A DNA stretch of 64,000 nucleotides from positions 6,240-70,239 of the forward strand of contig CALRHD010000001.1 in assembly GCA_943359325.1 (NCBI GenBank), in the 5' to 3' direction. How positions within the stretch are numbered: position 1 is the first letter of the stretch; each line of letters starts with the position of its first letter. The notes beneath the pieces were generated by a model, which was not told where the DNA came from, did no database searches, and saw only the letters and a list, made by a program, of their open reading frames with translations. This stretch comes from Candidatus Uhrbacteria bacterium. GTDB lineage: Bacteria; Patescibacteriota; Patescibacteriia; UBA9934. Below are positions 47,066-55,375 of this stretch, piece after piece. Both the position numbers and the translations under genes were made by a program.

Positions 47066-47254
47066 ATGGCAACCGAAAATCAAATCGCAAAATCCAAGCG
47101 CCGAAAGCAGAAGTTTTCGACGCGCAAAGTGAATCGCTGCTGGCGTTGTGGCCGTACGCGCTTCTTCCTGCGCGACTTCGGTCTCTGCCGTATTTGCTTC
47201 CGTGAATTGGCCAACGTTGGTGAGATCCCGGGTATTCGTAAAGCGAGCTGGTAA
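47066..47254 (+). CDS. rpsZ: 30S ribosomal protein S14 type Z (zinc-binding)
   Basis: 62 aa with two CxxC pairs: CWRCGR...CRIC. Confidence 0.93.
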   Translation: MATENQIAKSKRRKQKFSTRKVNRCWRCGRTRFFLRDFGLCRICFRELANVGEIPGIRKASW

Positions 47255-47258
47255 TTAT

Positions 47259-47654
47259 ATGATGACCGATCCTGTAAGCGACATGCTCACTCGCATCCGC
47301 AACGCAACGCACGCGCGTTTGCGTGTTGTTGAGATGCCCCGCTCGAACATGAAGTTCGCACTTGCGAAAATCATGGAAAGCACGGGTTATCTTGCAAACG
47401 TGGAAACATACGAAGACGGCAACCGTCCGATGCTTCGTGTGACTTTGCGGTATGACGAGTCTGGTGTGTCCACACTTTCTTCACTTAAACGTGTCAGCAA
47501 ACCCGGTCAACGCATTTACGTGAAGTCTTCGGACCTCCGTGGTGTGCGGTCGGGGATGGGTATTTCCATCATTTCGACGCCAAACGGCCTCATGACAAAC
47601 CATGAAGCACGGAAGCGTCATTTGGGTGGCGAGCTCATTTGCGAACTTTACTAA
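47259..47654 (+). CDS. rpsH: 30S ribosomal protein S8
   Basis: Begins MMTDPVSDMLTRIRNA. The start is the ATG at 47259, inside the longer track ORF from 47148. Confidence 0.95.
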   Translation: MMTDPVSDMLTRIRNATHARLRVVEMPRSNMKFALAKIMESTGYLANVETYEDGNRPMLRVTLRYDESGVSTLSSLKRVSKPGQRIYVKSSDLRGVRSGMGISIISTPNGLMTNHEARKRHLGGELICELY

Positions 47655-47661
47655 CTCTTCT

Positions 47662-48219
47662 ATGTCGCGTATTGGCAAAAAGCCGGTTATTATCCCCACG
47701 GGGGTTATAGTGACCCAAGATGGACAGACGGTTACCGTCAAAGGTCCGAAAGGCGAGCTCGCGCTCACCCTCCACCACCATGCGTCGATGACGCAAACAA
47801 CGGGTGAGGATGGCGTGGTGCATTGTGATATTTCCGTCATGGATGGTGATCGTGAAGATCGCGCAATTTGGGGCACGATGCGTGCACTTGTAGCGCAGAT
47901 GGTCGAAGGAGTCACGGTTGGCTATACAAAGGCACTCGAATTAAATGGCGTTGGTTTTAAAATGAGCTTGCAAGGAACAACGCTGGTGATGGCGCTCGGT
48001 TTTTCGCACGAGGTGCGTTATGAATTGCCAAAAGAGGTTTCCGCAAAGATTGAAGCAAACGTGTTGACGATGACGTCGGCAAACGCACACGTTCTTGGTC
48101 AAGCAGCTGCAGAAATTCGTGCACTAAAAAAACCAGAGCCGTACAAAGGTAAAGGTTTCCGCTACACCGACGAAATTATTCGTCGCAAAGCAGGTAAGGC
48201 GTCGAAGACGTCGGACTAA
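47662..48219 (+). CDS. rplF: 50S ribosomal protein L6
   Basis: Begins MSRIGKKPV. The start is the ATG at 47662. Confidence 0.95.
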   Translation: MSRIGKKPVIIPTGVIVTQDGQTVTVKGPKGELALTLHHHASMTQTTGEDGVVHCDISVMDGDREDRAIWGTMRALVAQMVEGVTVGYTKALELNGVGFKMSLQGTTLVMALGFSHEVRYELPKEVSAKIEANVLTMTSANAHVLGQAAAEIRALKKPEPYKGKGFRYTDEIIRRKAGKASKTSD

Positions 48220-48229
48220 CCCCACGCAT

Positions 48230-48589
48230 ATGATGAAACGTATTCTGAAAAAACGTTCTGCCGCTTTGCGCCGGGCAACACGCACACGCGCCCGTATTCG
48301 CGGGAGTGCCGAACGACCTCGTTTGACGGTGTTTCGTTCGAGTGCGCACATGTACGCGCAAGTGATCAACGACGAAATCGGTCGTACGCTTGTTGCGTCT
48401 TCGGACGCCGTGCTCGATGTGAAAGGCAAAAAGCCTCTCGAAGTTGCCGCACTTGTAGGTGCCGACATTGCAAAGAAAGCAAAAGACGCAGGTGTGACGA
48501 CGGTGGTGTTCGATCGCGGTCCGTACCTGTACCATGGTCGTGTGAAGGCAGTCGCAGACGCAGCACGTGAAGGAGGTCTTGCATTCTAG
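48230..48589 (+). CDS. rplR: 50S ribosomal protein L18
   Basis: 119 aa. Confidence 0.94.
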   Translation: MMKRILKKRSAALRRATRTRARIRGSAERPRLTVFRSSAHMYAQVINDEIGRTLVASSDAVLDVKGKKPLEVAALVGADIAKKAKDAGVTTVVFDRGPYLYHGRVKAVADAAREGGLAF

Positions 48590-49229
48590 ATTTATGACAA
48601 ACGAAGTAAAAACAACAGTAGCAACTCCTTCGACACCAGCGGCACGTCCCGCGGGTGGTCGTGGTGGTCGCGGCAATAGCCAAGGCGGTCGTGGCGGAGG
48701 CGGCGGCGCGGGTGGTGGGCGCGGCGGTAACGATCGTCGCGGTGGCGGCGGGCGTCCCGAGCGCGAACCACGAGAGTTCGAGCAAAAAATTCTCGAACTT
48801 GCTCGCGTCACTCGTGTGACCAAAGGTGGTAAGCGCATGCGTTTCCGCGCCTGTCTCATTATTGGCGACCGAAAGGGTCGCGTAGGCATGGGTGTTGCTA
48901 AGGGTGCAGACGTTGCAATGTCCGTTGAAAAGGCATTTCGAAAGGCAAAAAAAGATTTGGTGACGATCCCGCTCCAAAACGGTACAGTTCCTCACATCGT
49001 TGACCGCAAGTTTTCGGCGGCGCGTGTGCTCATCAAGCCAGCGCCACAAGGTACGGGGTTGAAGTGTGGCGGTGCGGTGCGCGTTATTCTCGAACTCGGC
49101 GGCGTGCCAAACGCAGTGTCGAAGGTCATGGGGTCGAACAACAAAATCAACAATGCAAAGGCAGTTATGGCAGCGCTCAAGTCGCTCTCCATGCCAAAGG
49201 CAAAGTCAAAAGACGTGACAAACGCATAA
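48567..49229 (+). CDS. rpsE: 30S ribosomal protein S5 with RGG-rich N-terminal extension
   Basis: S5 core ([21 protein letters not shown]...) preceded by about 60 aa of Gly/Arg repeats ([25 protein letters not shown]). The start is probably the ATG near 48594. rplO follows directly, and there is no rpmD. Confidence 0.94.
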   Translation: MKEVLHSRFMTNEVKTTVATPSTPAARPAGGRGGRGNSQGGRGGGGGAGGGRGGNDRRGGGGRPEREPREFEQKILELARVTRVTKGGKRMRFRACLIIGDRKGRVGMGVAKGADVAMSVEKAFRKAKKDLVTIPLQNGTVPHIVDRKFSAARVLIKPAPQGTGLKCGGAVRVILELGGVPNAVSKVMGSNNKINNAKAVMAALKSLSMPKAKSKDVTNA

Positions 49230-49230
49230 T

Positions 49231-49662
49231 ATGGCAATTTCTCTTCATACAATTACATCGACATCCGGCTCGCGTACGACTCCACGTCGCAATGGTCGTG
49301 GTCTTGGCCGTAAGGGCACAACGGCAGGCCGTGGGCAAAAAGGTCAGAAGTCTCGCACAGGCGTTGGTGGCCTGAAGCGTTTGGGTATGCGCAAAGTACT
49401 TTTGTCGACGCCGAAATTGCGCGGTTTCCGTTCACTTGCTGCAAAAATGGCTGTCGTGAACGTGAGTGACCTTGCGCGCTACATTGTGGGCGAAGTCGTA
49501 TCGCCACGCACGCTTGCAAAGAAAGGCCTTATTACGTCAGCAAAACACGGTGTAAAGATCTGTGGAGGCGGCGAGATGCTTGTTGCGGTTACGATTAAGG
49601 GGTGTGACGTTACGAAGTCGGCCGCAGAAAAAATCGCGAAGGCCGGCGGAAAGGTCGCGTAG
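49231..49662 (+). CDS. rplO: 50S ribosomal protein L15
   Basis: 143 aa with a Gly/Arg-rich N-terminus. Confidence 0.94.
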   Translation: MAISLHTITSTSGSRTTPRRNGRGLGRKGTTAGRGQKGQKSRTGVGGLKRLGMRKVLLSTPKLRGFRSLAAKMAVVNVSDLARYIVGEVVSPRTLAKKGLITSAKHGVKICGGGEMLVAVTIKGCDVTKSAAEKIAKAGGKVA

Positions 49663-49672
49663 ATATATTTTT

Positions 49673-50938
49673 ATGGAAGCACTTTTGCGTATTTGGCGGA
49701 TTCGTGAGATTCGCAATAGTATTCTGTTCGTGCTTTTCGCAGTAACGCTGTTCCGCGTTGCTGCGCATATTCCTGTTCCTGGGATCGATACCGCGGGCTT
49801 GTCGTCGTTGTTGGCGGGCAATCAATTTCTTGGGTTGTTGAATGTATTTGCAGGAGGAACGCTCAATAGTTTTTCCGTTGTTGCACTTGGCGTGGCGCCA
49901 TATATTACATCGTCGATTATTTTCCAGCTTCTTGGCATGATCTTCCCGTCGGTCGAAGAAATGCAAAAGGAGGAACAGGGTCGTCAAAAATTGAACCGCT
50001 ACACACGTTTTGCAACAGTGCCACTTGCACTTTTGCAGGCATACACCATTACCAAACTCATTGGTCAACAAGGTGCACAGTTTGGTGTGACAATTTCGCT
50101 TTCAGGGTTTGAGTGGGCAACGGCGCTCACGTCAATGGTTGCGGGAACAATTTTCCTCATGTGGCTTGGCGAGCTGATCACTGAGCGCAAAGTCGGCAAC
50201 GGACTTTCTATCATGATTTTTGCAGGTATCATTGCAAGCCTTCCCAACTTTATCGGTCAAACGATTGCGACGTACACATCAGGGCAATTACTGAACGTCA
50301 TTCTCTTCATCGCATTGGCGCTTGTTACCATTGTTGGTGTGGTCATCATGAGCGAAGGGCAGCGCAATGTTCCTGTGCAATATGCACGGGGCGCGCGGCT
50401 CGGTGCGACAAAAGTGCAATCGTCTCTTCCGATTCGCGTGAACATGGTGGGCATGATTCCAATCATTTTTTCATTGTCTATCGTGACGCTGCCACCACTT
50501 TTCGCACAGTTTTTTGTTGGCGCACGAACAGTGATTATTCGCGACATTGCCACATGGGTCGTTGCGCTGTTTAGCAATCAGGCATTCTACGGCATTCTGT
50601 ATTTTGCACTTGTTGTTGCCTTTACGTTCTTTTACGCGTCCATCGTGTTTAAGCCTGAACAGGTCGCAGAGAATTTGCAGAAGCAGGGTGGATTTGTTCC
50701 AGGGATTCGTCCAGGTGAGCAAACTGCCGTGTACTTCTCGTGGGTCATGAACCGATTGTTGCTGACGGGTGCCGTGTTTCTTGGCCTGATCGCCATTTTG
50801 CCGACTATCGTGCAGCAAATTACGGGCAACGCAAACTTTGTGGTTGGCGGTTCGTCTGTTATTATCGTCGTGTCGGTCGTTATCGAAATTATTAAACAGG
50901 TAGAGTCACAAATTACGATGCGAAGTTACGATGTATAG
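49673..50938 (+). CDS. secY: preprotein translocase SecY
   Basis: 421 aa from the ATG at 49673 (MEALLRIWRIREIRNSILFVL) with 10 TM helices. The track ORF starts earlier (49562) in non-homologous sequence. Confidence 0.96.
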   Translation: MEALLRIWRIREIRNSILFVLFAVTLFRVAAHIPVPGIDTAGLSSLLAGNQFLGLLNVFAGGTLNSFSVVALGVAPYITSSIIFQLLGMIFPSVEEMQKEEQGRQKLNRYTRFATVPLALLQAYTITKLIGQQGAQFGVTISLSGFEWATALTSMVAGTIFLMWLGELITERKVGNGLSIMIFAGIIASLPNFIGQTIATYTSGQLLNVILFIALALVTIVGVVIMSEGQRNVPVQYARGARLGATKVQSSLPIRVNMVGMIPIIFSLSIVTLPPLFAQFFVGARTVIIRDIATWVVALFSNQAFYGILYFALVVAFTFFYASIVFKPEQVAENLQKQGGFVPGIRPGEQTAVYFSWVMNRLLLTGAVFLGLIAILPTIVQQITGNANFVVGGSSVIIVVSVVIEIIKQVESQITMRSYDV

Positions 50939-51188
50939 TATGGCAAAAATGGTGCGTATAACTGATAGTGATGTTGCAAAGGCGGTAGGGCGCGCAGCTT
51001 CGGGTCGTGAAGCGGTGATGTTGCGCTCGGCGCTTGAAATAGCCATTCGTTCGAGCAGTGGGAGCAGTGTTTCGCTCGACTACATCGAACGTGCACTTGA
51101 TTCTCTCGTTGAATTTTATGTGAGTAACGGTGCAGTGCGAAAGATCGTTGCATCTTTTGAAGCACTGTATGACGAACAAGCAACATAA
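50931..51188 (+). CDS. hypothetical small protein between secY and adk
   Basis: About 82 aa. It is not IF-1 or L36-like, and the family is unknown. The likely start is MAKMVRIT at about 50940. Confidence 0.35.
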   Translation: MYSMAKMVRITDSDVAKAVGRAASGREAVMLRSALEIAIRSSSGSSVSLDYIERALDSLVEFYVSNGAVRKIVASFEALYDEQAT

Positions 51189-51735
51189 AATTCTCATTCT
51201 CGGTCCACAAGGGAGCGGTAAGGGTACGCAGGCAAGTATTCTTGCAAATAAACTTGGCGTTCCTGCACTTTCGATGGGTGCGCTCCTTCGTGATGCTGCA
51301 ACAAAAGGTGGAGTAATTGGTGACGAAATTGCGCGTATTCAAAAAATGGGCGCGTTAGTGCCAGACGAAGTTGCGGGGGAGATTTTTCGTGCACGCATTT
51401 TGGAGTCAGATGCTACAAGTGGGTACATCATTGACGGATATCCACGGAACGAGGCGCAGTACGACGTGTATGCTGCGCTCGACACGCCAACGGCGGTTAT
51501 TGTCATTACTGTGCCACACGGCGTCTCTGTGCAGCGGTTGCACGACCGCGCAATGAAAGAGGGTCGCGCGGACGACACCGTCGACGTCATTACTCGTCGT
51601 CTGCAAATTTATCACAACGACACACAACCGATGATTTCGCATTTTACTGAGCGTGGTATTGTGCATGATGTGGATGGTGTAGGGACTGTTGAAGACGTTG
51701 CCGCGCGAATTGAGGCACTTTTTGTAGAAGTGTAG
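51169..51735 (+). CDS. adk: adenylate kinase
   Basis: P-loop ILILGPQGSGKGTQA. The start is the ATG at about 51169 inside the longer track ORF. Confidence 0.93.
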   Translation: MTNKQHKILILGPQGSGKGTQASILANKLGVPALSMGALLRDAATKGGVIGDEIARIQKMGALVPDEVAGEIFRARILESDATSGYIIDGYPRNEAQYDVYAALDTPTAVIVITVPHGVSVQRLHDRAMKEGRADDTVDVITRRLQIYHNDTQPMISHFTERGIVHDVDGVGTVEDVAARIEALFVEV

Positions 51736-51760
51736 AAAATGGGGAAACTGTAGAAATGGT

Positions 51761-52540
51761 ATGGCGCTCACAAAATCAAATGATGAAGTAGACGCAATGC
51801 GCCGCGGTGGGGCATTACTTTCGGTTGCGCTGCAAACAGCGGTAGATGCAGTAAAGCAAGGTGTCACCATGGCGCAGCTTGATGATATTGCAACGAAAGT
51901 GATTGTCGACGGTGGCGGAAAGCCGTCGTTTATGGGGTACAAAAATGGGAGTGGCGAGCCATTTCCCTCAACGATGTGTGTGTCGGTGAACAACGAAATT
52001 GTGCATGGGCTCGGCAACCGCGACATCACGCTTCGTGAAGGCGACATTGTCGGGCTCGATATTGGGTTGTGGTTGGATGGGTTGTGTACGGACATGGCGG
52101 TTACTGTTCCTGTAGGAAAAATAAATAAAGAACGTCTTGCACTGCTCCGTGCAACACGAGATGCAATGTATGCAGGTGTTGACGCCGCGATTGTTGGTAA
52201 TACCGTTCTTGATATTGGCGGTGCAATTGAAGACGCAATCGACCAAAAAAAATACGGCATTGTGAAGGGGCTTGTGGGGCATGGCGTTGGTCACAAAGTC
52301 CACGAAGCGCCGCACGTGCCAAACTATCGTGGAAAATTCTCTCCCGTCAAACTCGTGCCAAACATGTGTATTGCGATTGAACCAATGTTGACGACGGGGA
52401 GCGACAGCATTACGACGGCAAAAGACGGGTGGACAATTACGACAGTCGACGGCAGCGACGCGGGGCATTTTGAAGTGACATTGGTTATTACGGAAAATGG
52501 TCCGGAAATTTTGACGCCACAGCCGGACGTTGGGATATAG
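51761..52540 (+). CDS. map: methionine aminopeptidase type I
   Basis: 259 aa with conserved metal ligands (D..D, H, E, E). Confidence 0.93.
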   Translation: MALTKSNDEVDAMRRGGALLSVALQTAVDAVKQGVTMAQLDDIATKVIVDGGGKPSFMGYKNGSGEPFPSTMCVSVNNEIVHGLGNRDITLREGDIVGLDIGLWLDGLCTDMAVTVPVGKINKERLALLRATRDAMYAGVDAAIVGNTVLDIGGAIEDAIDQKKYGIVKGLVGHGVGHKVHEAPHVPNYRGKFSPVKLVPNMCIAIEPMLTTGSDSITTAKDGWTITTVDGSDAGHFEVTLVITENGPEILTPQPDVGI

Positions 52541-52545
52541 AAAAA

Positions 52546-52568
52546 CCCCGACTAGTGACTAGTCGGGG
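52546..52568. terminator. perfect palindrome CCCCGACTAGT-G-ACTAGTCGGGG after map
   Basis: A-rich on its 5' side but no T-run on its 3' side on the plus strand. It would be a canonical terminator only for a minus-strand transcript. Confidence 0.4.
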
Positions 52569-52859
52569 GCGTGGAGGCGGCAGGGTGGGGGTTATGGAAC
52601 CTCGCTTCACCCGTACCGCCTCCAGTTGCCATCGCATTCGCGCATGGGGGACTCCTCGCGGCTGTCCCTACTCACATCGTATCGGATGCTCGACACCTCT
52701 AGAGCATAAAGGCTCTAGGAGACTGGTGGATCACCGAGTTCGTGCCGTGAATACGGTCGGCAGGGAACGAGAGTTACTATACCATTTTTTGGTACTTCTG
52801 TCAAGGTACCTGTGCTATTTCTATGCTACGGTTAGCCATTATATGACATTCTGTGAGGG

Positions 52860-53072
52860 GATGTGTTATCCTATATTTCTATGCGAGACCAGACAAAAGA
52901 TGAACAATGGATTCGTGAACACATCGGCGACAAAGTCACCGAAACCATCTACTTGATGCCCAATCACTACGACGCAGGATACGAAGTACGCATTGGTAGC
53001 CTCGACTTTTTCGTTGACTACGACAGCATTGACGCAAATGACGACACAATTATTAAAAAATATCGCGAATAA
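52860..53072 (+). CDS. hypothetical small protein
   Basis: About 64 aa (MRDQTKDEQWIREHIGDKV...). No motif. Confidence 0.3.
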   Translation, partial: DVLSYISMRDQTKDEQWIREHIGDKVTETIYLMPNHYDAGYEVRIGSLDFFVDYDSIDANDDTIIKKYRE

Positions 53073-53544
53073 CTTTTTATTTATGCAAAAAGGTGATTGG
53101 TTTTCTTTGGGGAGCATCGTCGTCATTATTGCGATTGCCGCTACGTTCTTTTTTCTTGCACCGAAAGCACCAAAGCTGGGGATTGGCCTCGTTGAGCTTC
53201 CGGGGTCGACACTCACCGTTGCACCGAAGATGAGTTGGGCAACTATGCAGATGTTTAACATGACACTTGTACAGGATGGATTTATTACGATTCACGAGTC
53301 GATTGGTGGGGCACCAGGCCCTGTGGTTGCTTCGAGATATGTCGACGGCATAGGGCTACATGAAGGAGTGGGTGTTCCACTTGAGACTCCTCTTTTGCAC
53401 GGCGTAGACTATATCGCGCTTTTGCACGTCGATAACGGCGATCATGTGTATGTGCCTGCAGATGATTTGCCTGTGAGTGTAAATGGCATCCCTGTTCGTG
53501 CTGATTTTCAGTCGGATGTTCCTGTTCCAGAAGTGACGCCATAA
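52993..53544 (+). CDS. hypothetical signal-anchored protein
   Basis: The likely start is MQKGDWFSLGSIVVIIAIAATFFFLA at about 53083, followed by an extracytoplasmic domain. Confidence 0.4.
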   Translation: MVASTFSLTTTALTQMTTQLLKNIANNFLFMQKGDWFSLGSIVVIIAIAATFFFLAPKAPKLGIGLVELPGSTLTVAPKMSWATMQMFNMTLVQDGFITIHESIGGAPGPVVASRYVDGIGLHEGVGVPLETPLLHGVDYIALLHVDNGDHVYVPADDLPVSVNGIPVRADFQSDVPVPEVTP

Positions 53545-53545
53545 T

Positions 53546-53947
53546 GTGAAATATCTTGGTGTTGATTACGGATTAAAAAAAATTGGACTTGCCGTTGGTG
53601 ACGATGCAACAGGTATGGCTTTTCCGTTTGGCGTTATCGCAGGAGGTGAAGATGCGGTGAAGTATGTTGTTGACGCGGCGAAGCGTGAAGGCGCCGACGC
53701 GTTTGTGGTTGGCGTGCCTATTCCGAACGAAGATTTTCATTCAGACGAACAATTGAATATCACCATGGCATTTGTGACCGCACTCCGTGCCACAACGTCG
53801 CTGCCCGTGTCTGTTGTCGACGAACAATTTTCGAGTGCCGAAGCCCGTCGCCTTCAAAAAGAATATGGCGCAAGTGCCTCCGAAGACGCCCTCGCGGCGA
53901 TGATTATCTTACAGGCGTATTTGGATGAAGTATGTGGTCGTCAGTAA
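53546..53947 (+). CDS. ruvX: Holliday-junction resolvase-like RuvX (YqgF)
   Basis: Begins YLGVDYGLKKIGLAVGD. 133 aa. Confidence 0.85.
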   Translation: MKYLGVDYGLKKIGLAVGDDATGMAFPFGVIAGGEDAVKYVVDAAKREGADAFVVGVPIPNEDFHSDEQLNITMAFVTALRATTSLPVSVVDEQFSSAEARRLQKEYGASASEDALAAMIILQAYLDEVCGRQ

Positions 53948-54597
53948 AAACTCATGCCGTTGTGCTTTCGTCGCGCGCGTTTCGGGAGGCGGATAGGAGT
54001 TATACGGCGTTGACGCCGCATTTTGGCAAGCTCGCGTTCGTGGGGCGAGGGGCGTTGAAGCCAAAGGCGAAATTGGCTGCGCACTTGGAGCCGTGCGCGG
54101 TTGTTGAACTTGAAATTGTGCGCGGTGCGCGGTCGACGACGGTTATTAATGTTGAACGTCGTGTTGCATTTCGACGCGCAGAAACATCGTTATCGCATCG
54201 TCTCCTCACATTGTCATCGTTATCATTACTCGACGCGATAACACAAACCGATGCGGAAGACCCTCTGCTTTACGACGCGTTGATTGCATGGCTCGAATTT
54301 CTCGACGCGCAAGAAACGCTGCACCCCACACGCAGCACGTTACTCCTCGGCGCATTCTTGCTCCGTATTATGGCGCAGCTCGGCTACGATACGACGCTCC
54401 TCCATCTGCTCCCAAAAAATGAAGCAGCGGCAGCACTTTTGCATTGTGCACGAAACGATGCATATACTGCCCTTACGCAGTTGCCACTCAAAGGCGTCGA
54501 CGTCGAGGCATATGCGACGTGTGTGCACGACCTCCTTGGCTACCACGTTCCCGGATATGCCGACCGTCCGTTTTGGGTTGGCATTATAGCAGGGTAA
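53932..54597 (+). CDS. recO: DNA repair protein RecO
   Basis: 221 aa. An N-terminal OB fold (HAVVLSSRAFREADRSYTALT..GKL) is followed by a helical domain. Confidence 0.75.
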   Translation: MWSSVKTHAVVLSSRAFREADRSYTALTPHFGKLAFVGRGALKPKAKLAAHLEPCAVVELEIVRGARSTTVINVERRVAFRRAETSLSHRLLTLSSLSLLDAITQTDAEDPLLYDALIAWLEFLDAQETLHPTRSTLLLGAFLLRIMAQLGYDTTLLHLLPKNEAAAALLHCARNDAYTALTQLPLKGVDVEAYATCVHDLLGYHVPGYADRPFWVGIIAG

Positions 54598-54628
54598 TAC
54601 TGATTGACCGAAGGTATGGGGTGCGGTA

Positions 54629-54871
54629 TTGTTTTTTTATATGACGCGTAAAGTACAATCTGCGGGTATTACATACCCCGTCATCGTGCACGAAGGCGAG
54701 ACGCGAGGATATTGGGTAGAATGTCCTGCTTTTGAGGGCTGTTATTCACAGGGAAAAACAATAGAAGAAGCATTACGCAACGTTCGAGAGGCAATAGAAT
54801 TATGTCTTGCTGACGTAGATCGAGAGCAAATTCCTACGCACGCGGTTAGTTTGCACCTCGTCACAATATAG
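54629..54871 (+). CDS. hicB: HicB-family antitoxin (UPF0150)
   Basis: YPVIVHEGETRGYWVECPAFEGCYSQGKTIEEALRNVREAIELCL matches the HicB N-terminal domain. Confidence 0.75.
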   Translation: MFFYMTRKVQSAGITYPVIVHEGETRGYWVECPAFEGCYSQGKTIEEALRNVREAIELCLADVDREQIPTHAVSLHLVTI

Positions 54872-54872
54872 T

Positions 54873-55088
54873 ATGACGAAACTTGCGGGATTCTCTGGTA
54901 AAAACATCGTCAAGAAATTGCAAAAAATCGGTTTTGTACAATTACGACAGCACGGAAGTCATGCCCGTCTTTTTTGTGAAGGACGAGGATTTGTGACAGT
55001 GCCAATGCATAGAGAGCTAGATGCAGGGTTTCTTCGTAAAATCATTAAGGACGCTCGACTAGACACAGACGAGTTTCTTGCGTTATAG
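54873..55088 (+). CDS. hicA: HicA-family mRNA interferase toxin
   Basis: 71 aa. ...KKLQKIGFVQLRQHGSHARLF...VTVPMH matches the YcfA/HicA fold. Confidence 0.75.
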   Translation: MTKLAGFSGKNIVKKLQKIGFVQLRQHGSHARLFCEGRGFVTVPMHRELDAGFLRKIIKDARLDTDEFLAL

Positions 55089-55092
55089 TCCT

Positions 55093-55257
55093 TAGAGCCT
55101 GCTTATAATCTTGCTTCCTGAGACATTTGGATGATGTTTTGAGCGAAAAATCTGAAGGTCGACGAAACATAGCCAAAGCTACGTTGAGAAGACCTGAGGA
55201 TTTTGCAGCCAAAACAGCGCCAAAGGGAGTCGGGAGAAAGATTATAAACAGGCTCTA
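55093..55257. repeat. 165-bp element bounded by 18-bp inverted repeats
   Basis: Left repeat TAGAGCCTGCTTATAATC (55093-55110). Right repeat GATTATAAACAGGCTCTA (55240-55257), reverse-complementary with one mismatch. The interior is noncoding, and the element starts directly after the hicA stop. Confidence 0.5.
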
Positions 55258-55375
55258 TAAGGCGTTGACGCGGCTGAACACCCGCTGAGCCGAGAACAAT
55301 TGGGAAAAGTACAAAATGAGGTGGCACCGCGGAGCAATTCGCCCTCATATGTCTGTTATCATATTATGATAGCGG

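Noticed and set aside
52555-52956. ORF 'MTSRGRGGGRVGVMEPRFTRTASSCHRIRAWG...' across the GC-rich region after map
   Set aside because: Its composition is typical of translated structured RNA or GC-rich noncoding sequence. The region is interpreted as a candidate ncRNA instead.
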